Below, in pieces: positions 21,661-36,555 of a stretch of 64,000 nt of DNA (the first letter of the stretch is position 1; the number at the start of each line of letters is the position of its first letter). Below the pieces are notes generated by a model. That model had not been told where the DNA came from. It searched no databases and worked only from the letters and a program-made list of their open reading frames with translations. The translations under genes were made by a program, and so were the position numbers. Source of the DNA: Eledone cirrhosa (lineage: Eukaryota); the NCBI GenBank assembly GCA_964016885.1, contig OZ024757.1, positions 30,194,001 to 30,258,000 on the forward strand, read 5' to 3'.

Positions 21661-23225
21661 AGGGGACATACGCACTAAACTGGTTGCATGCATCATCAAT
21701 CAGGCTATATATGGCGGTGTCATACCCAAAGACTGGTGCAGCAATATTCTCATAAATTGCTACAAAGGTAAAGGGGATGCTCTGGAGAGGAGCAATTATA
21801 GGGGTATAAAACTGATGGATCAGGTTATGAAAGTGGTAGAAAAGATATTAGCACAACTAATTAGAGAACGGGTTAAACTAGATGAGATGTAATTTGGTTT
21901 TGTGCCTGGGAAGAGTACAACAGATGCCCTCTTCTTGGTGAGACAATTACAAGAGAGGTTCTTAGAGAAGAATAAGCCACTATACTTAGCCTTTGTTGAC
22001 CTAGAGAAGGCCTTTGATAGGGTACCCCGATCTGTCATCTGGTGGTCCCTAAGGAAACTAGGTGTTGAGGAATGGCTTGTGAGGACAGTGCAAACTTTGT
22101 ACAGAGGTGCTGTCAGTAAAGTCAGAGTAGGAATGGAGTTTAGTGAGGAATTTGAGATACAAATAGGAGTACATCAGAGTGCGGTCCTCAGCCCGCTCTT
22201 GTTCATTATAGTCCTCCAAGCCATAACAGAGGAGTTTAAGATTGGCTGTCCATGGGAACTTCTCTCTGCTGACGATCTGGTTCTTATAGTAGAATCAGTA
22301 GAGGAGCTAGAGAATAAATTATGGAAACAGCAGTTGGAATCAGGAGGACTGAGAGTGAACCTATCTAAGACAAAAGTGTTTTGTGAGTAGAAAAGAGGAC
22401 AAAACTCTGATTCCATCAGGGAAATGGCCATGTTCGATATGCAGAAAAGGAACTGGCATAAATTCTATAAAATGCACACAATGCAGATCGTGCGTACACA
22501 AGAGATGTAGTGGTATAGCAGGCAAACTAACAGGTAGGGAGAAATGCGTATGCAGTAGATGTACAGGGAAATTAGACAGTAGAATTCGCATTGCTAGACA
22601 CATTTTTCAAATGCAGGTGGGTGCTATAGAAGTGGTTGATAGCTTCCGGTACCTAGGAGATCAGATTAGCATGGGAGAGGGGTGTTCCGAGGCTATAGTA
22701 TCTAGAATAAGGACGGGTTGAAAGAAGTTTAGGGAGATGCCTCCTCTGCTGACGAAGAAGGGTTTCTCCCTGCGTACGAAAGGCCGGTTATATGATGCCT
22801 GTGTGAGGAGTGCGATGCTGCATGGTAGTGAGACATGTGCATCAACTGCAGAGGATATGCGACGGCTGGAGAGAAATGAGGCAAGCATGCTCCATTGAAT
22901 GTGCAGAGTCAATGTGCGTGAACGACCCAGCATGAATGTTGAGAGAGAAACTGTGTCTGAGAGGGATATAATGTAGTGTACAGGAGAGGAGACTGAGGTG
23001 GTATGGACATGTGATGCGCATGGAGGATGACCGATGGGTGAAGAAATGCCAGTTGAAGGAAGACGTGGTAGAGGTAGACCACGAAAAACATGGGAGGAGG
23101 TGGTGAGAACAGACCTCAGATCGCTGAAGCTAACGGTGGAGATGACGAAGGACCGTGACGAGTGGAGAGATGCTGTGCTGAATAAGACCCGTCCCACCCT
23201 TGCAAGCAGGGAAGAGCGGATGTAA
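21661..23225 (+). mobile_element. chimeric RTE LINE (B-type 5' part, A-type 3' part), copy 1
   Basis: B-diagnostic gagatgTAA stop and SADD in the 5' part; A-diagnostic ctccattga and A-type 3' flank. Confidence 0.9.
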
Positions 23226-24848
23226 AAGAGAGTTTTGTGAGTGATGCCAAATTGTCTCTCCCTTGAACAACATCGGTGGCTGAGGAGACTGATATGCGTG
23301 AGCGACTGCTGGTCTTCCACAAATATACTTTGCCCGGTCTTGTGCCGCGGAGGGAAACTCTCTAGATGTAAAGAGATGTTGTCAAAATGTATCAGGAAAG
23401 AATTGCTGGATAGATTTGTGGGGCAAAACCAGCCAGCAGGTGACCCAGGAGTAGACTCCAAGTCAGCTAGTTTGATAACATTCATAAGCTCAGATGGGGA
23501 TCCAGGCAGATCAATTAGAAACAGTTACGTCTAGACATGACCCTCTGGACGGCGTGATTGAGAACTCCAAGCATGACCCTTCCAAGAAGAAGAAGTTGTA
23601 TGATTGTATGTATATTTATATACATATTTATATATATGTATATATTTATATATTCGTCTATATATTCATGGGGGGAGGGGGGCAGCTGCACCCTCACCAA
23701 TACGTTACTATTTAAGAGACAATTCCAGGATTTCTGGTCTTGTGGAATGGAATCAACTACATAATCACTAATGACAGAGTTGGAGTTAAGAACAGCCACA
23801 AAAAGTTCCTTCAATGGAGAAAGAATGTACGATTCTTATCATGGCTAATGCAACGATCATCAGTTTAAGTAGATGACTTTAGCATCATGAACACTAGTGG
23901 TTTTGCAGATGCTCGACTATTAGCCCCTAAGCATTTAAACCAGCCAGAATTCTCAAATCTCTTTCTGTTCAACCGGTTCTAACTGGCCACTCATAGATTC
24001 AATATTATATGAGATAATTATGTAAGGTAAAGACTTTACCATGAAAATACAATAGTAAATATAGATTAATGTAAATGCTAAAGGATTAATTTGACAATGG
24101 GTTGGTAACACTGCTGCTGTGAGTATGCAGATGCAGGTGTGGCAAGCTGCATATATTCTTGTCATTAGAAAAAGCAAAATGAATGCGTCATCTTCGCTGG
24201 AGGGATGACTCAAGAAGAAAAAGTGGAAGGAATGGATGATGTTAAACTCCTTCACATTACACTGCTTTGTGATTATGTAATCAACCATATCCCAATCCTT
24301 TGACCATGGATACATACAAGTTATTTTGTGATTCATTGTCTATTGGTAGAAAGTGTTGACGATTGCAAGGACAAATTCTCAGCAAAGGGAAAGAAGAAGT
24401 AGACTATTTCAATTCATTTGTCTCATACCATACAGACCAAGAATATTAGGCCATGTTTGATGGTCATCACCCACTTGAGCATTGAGGTCTCCCATTAAAA
24501 CAGGTTTATCTTTCTATTGAAGCTTTGTGATAACTTTACTAAACTGCTCATAAAATTCTTCTCCCTCTTCCTCTAGAATAGGCATGGATGGAATGTAACA
24601 ACTGGCTAGTGTTGTAACCCTATATGAGTCCCTGTAAATTAGTTACTTTCTGTAAAATTCTCTAAGGTTACTCATACATTAAATCCTGTATGTCATTTTA
24701 ACATACATGCTGAACATGTAGGTAATTGTAGCCTGGAAAAAATAATTTATTATAATTATTTTTATATTTAATCACTTCCACGTATCAGTAACCAACATCA
24801 ACTGTAGGGTTTCTCTTATGTGAACCATGGCATGAATTCTCTGATTGA

Positions 24849-24886
<38 letters not shown>

Positions 24887-25208
24887 AGGGAGAGTAACGC
24901 AGAGTTACTGTAGGTTCACCTGGGTGAGCACTAGGTAAGCGCTCAACTAGGTAAGGAGTAACCATTCGTTCTTGTTTTATTATATATATGGTTCCCTTGA
25001 AATACATATAATTAAATAAATATAGTTTGATAAAGATAGTTTCCATTTATTAATATTATTGATATTATACTCCAGAAGAATTTTATAGAGTGCTTCGAAT
25101 CTGTTATAAATAAATTTGTTGAATAACCAATAAATTAAATAACACTTTGCTTATATATATATATATATAAATATATATACATATATATATATATATGTGT
25201 GTGTCCCC

Positions 25209-27018
25209 AGAATGATGCCGGTGTAGTTAGTGTCACGAATGATCAGAAGAGGGAGGCCTGGAAATGTCATTATGAGAGACTGATGAATGTAGAGAACGAA
25301 TGGGAGAGAGAGAAATTACCCTCAGTAGATCCGACAGATTGACCAGCTATTGAGATTGACGAATATAGGGTCCAAGAGGCGATAAAGGAAATGAAAAATG
25401 GTAAGGCTGCTGGACCATCGGGGATAGTTGCTGAGATGCTGAAGGCATCAGGGTACGTAAGGCACTAAACTGGTTGCACGCATCATAAATCAGGCTATAT
25501 ATGGTCGTGTCATACCCAAAGACTGATGCAGCAGTATTCTCATAAATTGCTACAAAGGTAAAGGGGATGCTCTGGAGAGGAGCAATTATAGGGGTGTAAA
25601 ACTGGTGGATCAGGTTATGAAAGTGGCAGAAAGAATATTAGCACAACTAATTAGAGAACGGGTTAAACTAGATGAGATGCAGTTTGGTTTTGTGCCTGGG
25701 AAAAGTACAACAGATGCCCTCTTCTTGGTGAGACAATTACAAAAGAGGTTCTTAGAGAAGAATAAGCCACTATACTTAGCCTTTGTTGACCTAGAGAAGG
25801 CCTTTGATAGGGTACCCCAATCTGTCATCTGGTGGTCCCTAAGGAAACTAGTCTGTTGAGGAATGGCTTGTGAGGACAGTGCAAACTTTGTACAGAAGTA
25901 CTGTCAGTAAAGTCAGGGTAGGATTGGAGTTTAGTGAGGAATTCCAGATACAAGTAGGAGTACATCAAGGTTCGGTCCTCAGCCCGCTCTTGTTCATTAT
26001 AGTCCTCCAAGCCATAACAGAGGAGTTTAAGACTGGCTGTCCATGGGAACTTCTCTATGCTGATGATCTGGTTCTTATAGCAGAAACAGTAGAGGAGCTA
26101 GAGAATAAATTCTGGCTATGGAAACAGCAGTTGGAAACAAGAGGACTGAGAGTGAACCTATCTAAGACAAAAGTGTTGATTAGTAGAAAAGAGGACAAAA
26201 CTCTGATTCCGTCAGGGAAATGGCCATGTTCGATATGCAGAAAAGGAACTGGCATAAATTCTATAAAAAGCACACAATGCAGATCCTGGGTACACAAGAG
26301 ATGTAGCAGGATAGCAGGCAAACTAACAGGTAGGAAGAAATACGTATGCCATAGATGTACAGGGAAATTAGACAGTAGAAGTCACATTGATAGACACATT
26401 TTTCAAATGCAGGCGGGTGCTATAGAAGTGGTGGATAGCTTCCGGTACCTAGGAGATCAGATTAGCATGGGAGGAGGGTGTTCCGAGGCTATAGTATCTA
26501 GAATAAGGACGGGTTGGAAGAAGTTTAGGGAGCTGCTTCCTCTGCTCACGAAGAAGGGTTTCTCCCTGCGTACGAAAGGCCGGTTATATGATGCCTGTGT
26601 GAGGAGTGCAATGCTGCATGGTAGTGAGACATGTGCATCAACTGCAGAGGATATGCGACGGCTGGAGAGAAATGAGGTAAGCATGCTCCATTGAATGTGC
26701 GTCAACGACCCAGCATGAATGTTGAGAGAGAAACTGTGTCTGAGAGGGATAGAATGTAGTGTACGGGAGAGGAGACTGAGGTGGTATGGACATGTGATGC
26801 GCATGGAGAATGACTGATGGGTGAAGAAGTGCCAGGAAATGCCAGTTGAAGGAAGACGTGGTAGAGGTAGACCACGAAAAACATGGGAGGAGGTGGTGAG
26901 AACAGACCTCAGATCGCTAAAGCTGACGGTGGAGATGACGAAGGACCGTGACGAGTGGAGAGATGCTGTGCTGAATAAGACCCGTCCCACCCTTGCAAGC
27001 AGGGAAGAGCGGATGTAA
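25209..27018 (+). mobile_element. RTE LINE subfamily A, copy 2
   Basis: ORFs 25605 and 25870; +1 frameshift at ~25852 shared with copy 3. Confidence 0.95.
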
Positions 27019-30000
27019 AAGAGAGTTTTTTGAGTGATGCCAAACTGTATCTGCCTTTGTCTCTCCCTTGAACAACATGGGTGCCAGAGGAGACTGATAT
27101 GCGTGAGCGACTGCTGGTCTTCCACAAATATACTGTCCCCGGTCTTGTGCCGCGGAGGGAAACTCTCTAGGTGTAAGTCCCATGGTCATTTGTGACCGAA
27201 GGTGGTCTTTGTTCCTATCTGAAACGAGTTAATTACACAACATCGTATTTATAACACTTCTACTATGGATATTTGAGTCGGTAGAACACTCTACAACTAC
27301 CGGGGAGATTAGCAATGTGTAATCTATCTTTATAAGTAACGGTAATACTAAGAAACAGGCCGGGAGGGGGTAGAAATGGTGCAAAATTTTATTTTGATCG
27401 GATAAATTTAATGGTCAAGGGGAGATAATTTCAAAGAGAGAAAGAGCGAGTAAGAGAGATAAAGAGAGTGTGGGGAGAGAAACGAAGGTTTGCACACACG
27501 CATATATAAAGCCTGAACATATTATTTCCGATTTCACCATCATTACAATATGTTTAAAATTTGCGACACAACACGAAGTCATTATTTCGTCGCTCTACAA
27601 GTTAAAAATACCTTCAATAAACTAAACAAATTAATAAAATCAAGTTCACAAACACCAATGTATTCGCCCGATCACAACTATGTAGAGGTTGTTGTTTAGC
27701 CCTAGGTCAGGTCTGGAGGAACAAAACAATAATTGAAAGACGGTCCATTCTTGACCAACCTGGCTTTCTGTCTTTCTGAATTTTTTTTTTCTTTTGTATC
27801 GCAGAATACATGCCACAGTGTGTTCTTTCGTTTCTTAAAGAGGGTGAGATGTTAGTTTTGAACCTGAACACTGTACACAATAATTTTCATTATATTATAG
27901 TTAATAAATTATATTACTGACCTCCCAGACAAGACGCAGAGGTCTGCATCTTACTTATATATGGTCATACGTTCTATCAATTGCAGCAAAGAAGTTGTCT
28001 TTTGACACAAACTAAAGGGTCCTCCCAAATCCCTTGTTTGGCAAGCTTTTTACAGCTGGATGCCTTTCCCAACACCAATCACTTTACTCCGTGTACTGGA
28101 TGCTTTATTGTGTAGATCACCAACACTAGGGAGATTGTTGTGTCTTTGACACAACTAAAGGATCCTCTCAACCCTTTTAGACATGGTTTCTACAGTGGAG
28201 TGCCATTCCTGTCGCCACTTAGTTTCAGTACATCTAATTCAACTAATGTTTATGTTATTTCAATTTAGTTCAAGAGGAAAAAATTGAGTCTAAGAAAGCA
28301 TTATTAAATATTGTACATCTTCAGAAGCACTGTAAATGACTATACAATTACATGGGACTCAGCAAGCCCAAAGAAAGGTTGGAGGACCACATCTTATAGA
28401 GTTACTGAAGATGTACAATATTGCTTTGTTTTACTCAATAATTTTCCTCTTGATTTCCAACATACACTTCTAGGTTTACTGTCAAGTGCTACATGGCTGG
28501 AATGACTATCAATGCTGCTAAAACTGAGACACTCATCCTCTCAAGGAAGCGTGCACAATGCACTCCATTTGTGAGTGGAGTTCCACTGAAGCCAATGGAG
28601 GAGTTCATGTATCTTGGGGTTGTATTCATGAGTGATGGAGGCAGGAAGCTGAATTAAGTGCAAGAATTGTAGGAGCTGGTGCAGTAATGCGCCAGCTTCA
28701 TCATTCGGTCATCAGAAGAAAGGAGGTAGCTGTATAATCCAAACTCACTACCTTCAATTTGGTATTCATGCCAACCTTTACCTATGGTCATGAATCTTGG
28801 GTAATGACCGACAGAAGTGAATCGTGGATACAAGCAGCTGAAATGGGGTTCCTCTGAAGAAGTGCATGGCTTGGCGATCAGGGAGTCACTGCAGGTAGAG
28901 TCACAGCTCTGATACTACAGAGATGTGGTCAAAATGTATCAGGAAAGAATTGCTGGACAGATTTGTGGGGCAAAACCAGCCAGCAGGTGACCCAGGAGTA
29001 GACTCCAAGTCAGCTAGTTTGATAACATTCATAAGCTCAGATGGGGATCCAGCCAGATCAATTAGAAACAGTTACGTCTAGACATGAGCCTCTGGAAGGC
29101 GTGTTTGAGAACTCCAAGCATGACCCTTCCAAGAAGAAGAAGTTGTATGATTGTATGTATATTGATATACATATTTCTTGCAATCGAAAGGTTGTGAGTT
29201 CAATTCTCAGACCGGATGATGTGTTGTTTCCTTGAGCAAGACACTTTATTTCACATTGCTCCAGTTTACTCTGCTGTAGAAATGAGATGATAGGGACTGG
29301 GGTCCCTATCATTCTACTGCAAAGTGGTCGTGTAGGTGCCACGGCAAAAAAGCGCGCAGCACTCACTGTAAATGAGGTTGGTGTTAGGAAGGGCATCCAG
29401 CTGTAGAAATCAGGCCAGAATCAGTTCCCTTCCCACCCTTGCAAGCAGGGAAAAGCGGACGTAAAATGATGATGATGATGATATTTATATATACGTATAT
29501 ATTTATATATTCATCTACATATTCATATATAATTATTTATATATACGTATATGTTTAATTATCAATATACGAAGAAGATTCAAATTCTTTTAAAATGTAG
29601 AAATCTCAAGTGCAGGAAATAACTGTAACAGCAATCAATTGTTATTTTTTAAAATAGCTTAGAAAAAAAAATGGCCAGCAACTTCTACCAAGAAACGAAC
29701 TCAGAACACTATGTAACAAAATTGAACTAAACTAGCTTACATATAGATTTATATGTATAGATACACACATATGAACACACATACACATACACACGCAGTC
29801 CCAATTCATTTTGGCGGGAATTTTACAAACAGGTTGCCATAGTGTTCAGGTCAACGGTTCAGTAACAGATATGGCAAAACACAATAGCCCTCTGGGTAAT
29901 GTACACAATTTATTTTAATTTAATTTTAGGAATTAATGTATTCGCAATTATTTCTGCATATGACTGTTATTGTTTTTCATTCAAAACAAATTACTTGAAA

Positions 30001-30055
30001 TGTCAAAAATCTAAGGAAAGTTTCATGTTTGATGTCGCCATGGTTAAAGCCGAAG

Positions 30056-30109
30056 ATGGCGACCGGCGTTCTGAAGCTGGTTAGGAGCAGACGACATCTG
30101 ACGATTCTC
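30056..30109 (+). CDS. candidate first coding exon, copy 2
   Basis: Identical to 18695-18748. Confidence 0.35.
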
Positions 30110-30245
30110 GTATATATATATATATATATTCTCAGTTATTGTTTATATATATATATAGTGTGTGTATGCATTCTTAGGAATAATATATATATATATTATT
30201 ATTTATACAACTCTTCAGTAATTAAAATAAATATCTGATCTGTAT

Positions 30246-30277
<32 letters not shown>

Positions 30278-30407
30278 TATTATTATTCACCTCTTCAGTA
30301 ATTAAAATAAATATCTGATCTGTATACACACACACACACACACATATATATATACCATTGCTATATATATATATATCACATAAGAAACGGAGAATCAGTG
30401 TTGCGAC

Positions 30408-30515
30408 GAATAAAATTTATTACAATTGTTTCTCTGGCGACCAGCTCGAGGCACGATCGATGTAATGATCGAACCTGACTCTGAAATCGCAAGGTCCTCA
30501 GATACGTCTCGATTC
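30408..30515 (-). ncRNA. hammerhead-like motif, copy 2
   Basis: Identical to 19003-19110. Confidence 0.6.
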
Positions 30516-30521
30516 TACCCT

Positions 30522-30586
<65 letters not shown>

Positions 30587-33000
30587 TGAACTTCGTAAAA
30601 ATATTTCTATCTAAAGTTAACAGAACACGAAGTACGAGGGACGAGTTGTAATGTAGAAAATTAGGTAAAATCCATTTAAATTCACAAATATGGTGAATTT
30701 AACTTAATTTTGTATGTATATATATATTTATATATATGTGTGTGTGTGCATACGTATAAAGCAACAAAGAAAGTCCACATGTGGTCGCACCACAGGCTAG
30801 AAGTAGCAACCAAATTTGTCTTTAAAATACATAGTACTGTCCTCAATAAACAGAACTCACTAATGAATATAGAGACCTATAAAAAAAAAAAATAAGACAG
30901 AAATGCAAATAGGTATAATAATGTTTGAGTATTATAAATAGTTGAATAAATCGAATAAAGTACCTCTGGGGACATGCAGTACATGATGAAGACATGTTCT
31001 GAAGCATGGACTATTTTGGGGCTCACTTTAAAGTTAACTAAGATCAAGGTGATGTACACTCCAGCACAAGGAGAACCTTATGTTGTGCCAAATATATATG
31101 TGAAGGTTCTTCAGAGTAATGTTACTCGATAGAGTGTGTAGCTCGAAGATCAAAGAGTCATGCCAGGTAGAGCTGCTTCTTCTTTGAATTGAGAGATAAT
31201 AGCTTCGATATGATGGGTATGTGGTTAGGAATCTCTCAGGAAAGAATCGTTGGACAGATTTTACAGGCAAAACCAACTGGCAGGAGACCCTAAGGTAGAC
31301 CCCAAGCAAGATATTTGAAGGAATGTTTAAGGGCTCTACCCCCATGACCCTCTCAGGAATAAGTGAGCGAAGAAGAAGATGTATTGCATATCTACTTCTG
31401 AGTTCAAAACAAAGTCTGCATAATCAGCATACAAAAGTTCTCGAATTAACACATTGAATATCACAGATATTTTATTAAATCTTCTTAAATTAAAAACTTG
31501 CCCAGATGTTAGGAAACGCAGATTTATGCCTCGATTACAGTTGTGGAATGCATAAGAAAGGAAAGTGGCAAAGTATGTTGCAGATAGTGTTAGTGTCCAC
31601 AGAAATTTGTCCTGAGAATTTTCCATTAAATACAACCCTGGCCTTTATGTCCTGATGTAGTTTGAAGATCTGTTAAAATTTCTGTGGACAGCCTAATTTA
31701 CTAAGAATGATCCAAGAATCATCCATGCTGCTTGTATCAAAAGCCTAAGTCAATCTCATCTAACTCTGGTGCCTTGCCTGAATTTATTTGTGGGGTTGCC
31801 AGACTGATTTCTTCATAATGTAATAATGTGGTCCTTTTGAAAAGAAACACAATGCTTTTTACATCCCCCCCCCCCCCCCCCCCCCAAACTGAGGCCATCA
31901 CCTTCATTACAGATGAAATGACCATGGCCTTCCTTGGAGCAAGTGAGGTGGGGTGTTTCTACTGCATGGATTATTTCTTTGTCTCTGCCTCAAAGTGATG
32001 AACCCAACGCTTATCCTGGGTTAGGAAAGGTTCATGCCAAGTTCATTGTGCAGAATAATCTCAACTGTCTCAGGGGATATGCTAGTAGGATTGGCTATTT
32101 GATTTATAGTCAATCGCCTGTCATCTATTACCATGTGGTGAACACGATCAATATTTTCCTAGGTGGTGGCAGTTGCATGAAGTCCAGACCTCAAGTCATC
32201 TTCAGGAGTTTCTCTTCCCCTCCTAAATTCAACTGCCCACTTTCGTACTGTTGATAAGGCTAAACTGTCATCCCCTGATGTAGCAACCATCTCAGCATGA
32301 ATTTCCTTGGAAGCTAAACCCTTTTTCTGTGGGTACATGATGCCAAATTTTGTCCATTTTCAAGACAAGTTGCTACCAGTTACATTTGAAGTCTTCTTTG
32401 AACAATCAGATGTCAGTTTACCTAAGAAAAGACTATGCACTTATTAACAAGAGGAATTGAAATTAAAGTATGCAAGATTTCACAGCTCTAGCATAACTCC
32501 TTCATAGTCAATCTATGAACATTTCAGTCTACCCTCGTATTTAAATGCGGGTGTGCAAGCTTTCACTGTGTTTCCCGAATTACCTCCCTTGAATTGTTAA
32601 AATTTTATTGAAGTGATATTTTCATCACCCAAGTTAATATACACCATTTCTACACCCTTCAACCTGATTTCTCAGTTTTATTGCTATTTATATAGATGAA
32701 ATACACATTACTAATCCCCCCCGGCATTAGTCTAGTGCTCTACTGACTCAAATATTTATAGTAGATACAATGTAATTAACCTGCTTCAGTTATATATTAA
32801 TATATATATATACACGATGAGACATATAGTTAAATATTTTCTTACTATGACTACCACGTCTCTTATTCTCTGAATCCCTCACATTATCCTATCTTTCCTT
32901 CCTTTTGAAACTGTAGACTGTAACCTTTGGATTATTTGGCTGCTATTTTTAGCAGTGTGAATGTCCACATAAAGGTTTCCATCTTCGCCCATGGCTTTGC

Positions 33001-34575
33001 AGGGGACATACGCACTAAACTGGTTGCATGCATCATCAATCAGGCTATATATGGCGGTGTCATACCCAAAGACTGGTGCAGCAATATTCTCATAAATTGC
33101 TACAAAGGTAAAGGGGATGCTCTGGAGAGGAGCAATTATAGGGGTATAAAACTGATGGATCAGGTTATGAAAGTGGTAGAAAAGATATTAGCACAACTAA
33201 TTAGAGAACGGGTTAAACTAGATGAGATGTAATTTGGTTTTGTGCCTGGGAAGAGTACAACAGATGCCCTCTTCTTGGTGAGACAATTACAAGAGAGGTT
33301 CTTAGAGAAGAATAAGCCACTATACTTAGCCTTTGTTGACCTAGAGAAGGCCTTTGATAGGGTACCCCGATCTGTCATCTGGTGGTCCCTAAGGAAACTA
33401 GGTGTTGAGGAATGGCTTGTGAGGACAGTGCAAACTTTGTACAGAGGTGCTGTCAGTAAAGTCAGAGTAGGAATGGAGTTTAGTGAGGAATTTGAGATAC
33501 AAGTAGGAGTACATCAGAGTGCGGTCCTCAGCCCGCTCTTGTTCATTATAGTCCTCCAAGCCATAACAGAGGAGTTTAAGATTGGCTGTCCATGGGAACT
33601 TCTCTCTGCTGACGATCTGGTTCTTATAGTAGAATCAGTAGAGGAGCTAGAGAATAAATTATGGAAACAGCAGTTGGAATCAGGAGGACTGAGAGTGAAC
33701 CTATCTAAGACAAAAGTGTTTTGTGAGTAGAAAAGAGGACAAAACTCTGATTCCATCAAGGAAATGGCCATGTTCGATATGCAGAAAAGGAACTGGCATA
33801 AATTCTATAAAATGCACACAATGCAGATCGTGCGTACACAAGAGATGTAGTGGTATAGCAGGCAAACTAACAGGTAGGGAGAAATGCGTATGCAGTAGAT
33901 GTACAGGGAAATTAGACAGTAGAATTCGCATTGCTAGACACATTTTTCAAATGCAGGTGGGTGCTATAGAAGTGGTTGATAGCTTCCGGTACCTAGGAGA
34001 TCAGATTAGCATGGGAGGAGGGTGTTCCGAGGCTATAGTATCTAGAATAAGGACGGGTTGAAAGAAGTTTAGGGAGATGCCTCCTCTGCTGACGAAGAAG
34101 GGTTTCTCCCTGCGTACGAAAGGCCGGTTATATGATGCCTGTGTGAGGAGTGCGATGCTGCATGGTAGTGAGACATGTGCATCAACTGCAGAGGATATGC
34201 GACGGCTGGAGAGAAATGAGGCAAGCATGCTCCATTGAATATGCAGTGTCAATGTGCGTGAACGACCCAGCATGAATGTTGAGAGAGAAACTGTGTCTGA
34301 GAGGGATATAATGTAGTGTACAGGAGAGGAGACTGAGGTGGTATGGACATGTGATGCGCATGGAGGATGACCGATGGGTGAAGAAGTGCCAGGAAATGCC
34401 AGTTGAAGGAAGACGTGGTAGAGGTAGACCACGAAAAACATGGGCGGAGGTGGTGAGAACAGACCTCAGATCGCTGAAGCTGACGGTGGAGATGACGAAG
34501 GACCGTGACGAGTGGAGAGATGCTGTGCTGAATAAGACCCGTCCCACCCTTGCAAGCAGGGAAGAGCGGATGTAA
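33001..34575 (+). mobile_element. chimeric RTE LINE, copy 2
   Basis: As 21661-23225. Confidence 0.9.
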
Positions 34576-36555
34576 AAGAGAGTTTTGTGAGTGATGCCAA
34601 ATTGTCTCTCCCTTGAACAACATCGGTGGCTGAGGAGACTGATATGCGTGAGCGACTGCTGGTCTTCCACAAATATACTTTGCCCGGTCTTGTGCCGCGG
34701 AGGGAAACTCTCTAGATGTAAAGAGATGTTGTCAAAATGTATCAGGAAAGAATTGCTGGATAGATTTGTGGGGCAAAACCAGCCAGCAGGTGACCCAGGA
34801 GTAGACTCCAAGTCAGCTAGTTTGATAACATTCATAAGCTCAGATGGGGATCCAGGCAGATCAATTAGAAACAGTTACGTCTAGACATGACCCTCTGGAC
34901 GGCGTGATTGAGAACTCCAAGCATGACCCTTCCAAGAAGAAGAAGTTGTATGATTGTATGTATATTTATATACATATTTATATATATGTATATATTTATA
35001 TATTCGTCTATATATTCATGGGGGGAGGGGGGCAGCTGCACCCTCACCAATACGTTACTATTTAAGAGACAATTCCAGGATTTCTGGTCTTGTGGAATGG
35101 AATCAACTACATAATCACTAATGACAGAGTTGGAGTTAAGAACAGCCACAAAAAGTTCCTTCAATGGAGAAAGAATGTACGATTCTTATCATGGCTAATG
35201 CAACGATCATCAGTTTAAGTAGATGACTTTAGCATCATGAACACTAGTGGTTTTGCAGATGCTCGACTATTAGCCCCTAAGCATTTAAACCAGCCAGAAT
35301 TCTCAAATCTCTTTCTGTTCAACCGGTTCTAACTGGCCACTCATGGATTCAATATTATATGAGATAATTATGTAAGGTAAAGACTTTACCATGAAAATAC
35401 AATAGTAAATATAGAGTAATGTAAATGCTAAAGGATTAATTTGACGATGGGTTGGTAACAGGCTGCTGTGAGTATGCAGATGCAGGTGTGGCAAGCTGCA
35501 TATATTCTTGTCATTAGAAAAAGCAAAATGAATGCGTCATCTTCGCTGGAGGGATGACTCAAGAAGAAAAAGTGGAAGGAATGGATGATGTTAAACTCCT
35601 TCACATTACACTGCTTTGTGATTATGTAATCAACCATATCCCAATCCTTTGACCATGGATACATCCAAGTTATTTTGTGATTCATTGTCTATTGGTAGAA
35701 AGTGTTGACGATTGCAAGGACAAATTCTCAGCAAAGGGAAAGAAGAAGTAGACTATTTCAATTCATTTGTCTCATACCATACAGACCAAGAATATTAGGC
35801 CATGTTTGATGGTCATCACCCACTTGAGCATTGAGGTCTCCCATTAAAACAGGTTTATCTTTCTATTGAAGCTTTGTGATAACTTTACTAAACTGCTCAT
35901 AAAATTCTTCTCCCTCTTCCTCTAGAATAGGCATGGATGGAATGTAACAACTGGCTAGTGTTGTAACCCTATATGAGTCCCTGTAAATTAGTTACTTTCT
36001 GTAAAATTCTCTAAGGTTACTCATACATTAAATCCTGTATGTCATTTTAACATACATGCTGAACATGTAGGTAATTGTAGCCTGGAAAAAATAATTTATT
36101 ATAATTATTTTTATATTTAATCACTTCCACGTATCAGTAACCAACATCAACTGTAGGGTTTCTCTTATGTGAACCATGGCATGAATTCTCTGATTGAGTA
36201 TATATATATATATATATATATATATCCAGGGAGAGTAACGCAGAGTTACTGTAGGTTCACCTGGGTGAGCACTAGGTAAGCGCTCAACTAGGTAAGGAGT
36301 AACCATTCGTTCTTGTTTTATTATATATATGCTTCCCTTGAAATACATATAATTAAATAAATATAGTTTGATAAAGATAGTTTCCATTTATTAATATTAT
36401 TGATATTATACTCCAGAAGAATTTTATACAGTGCTTCGAATCTGTTATAAATAAATTTGTTGAATAACCAATAAATTAAATAACACTTTGCTTATATATA
36501 TATATATATAAATATATATACATATATATATATATATGTGTGTGTGTGTGTCCCC

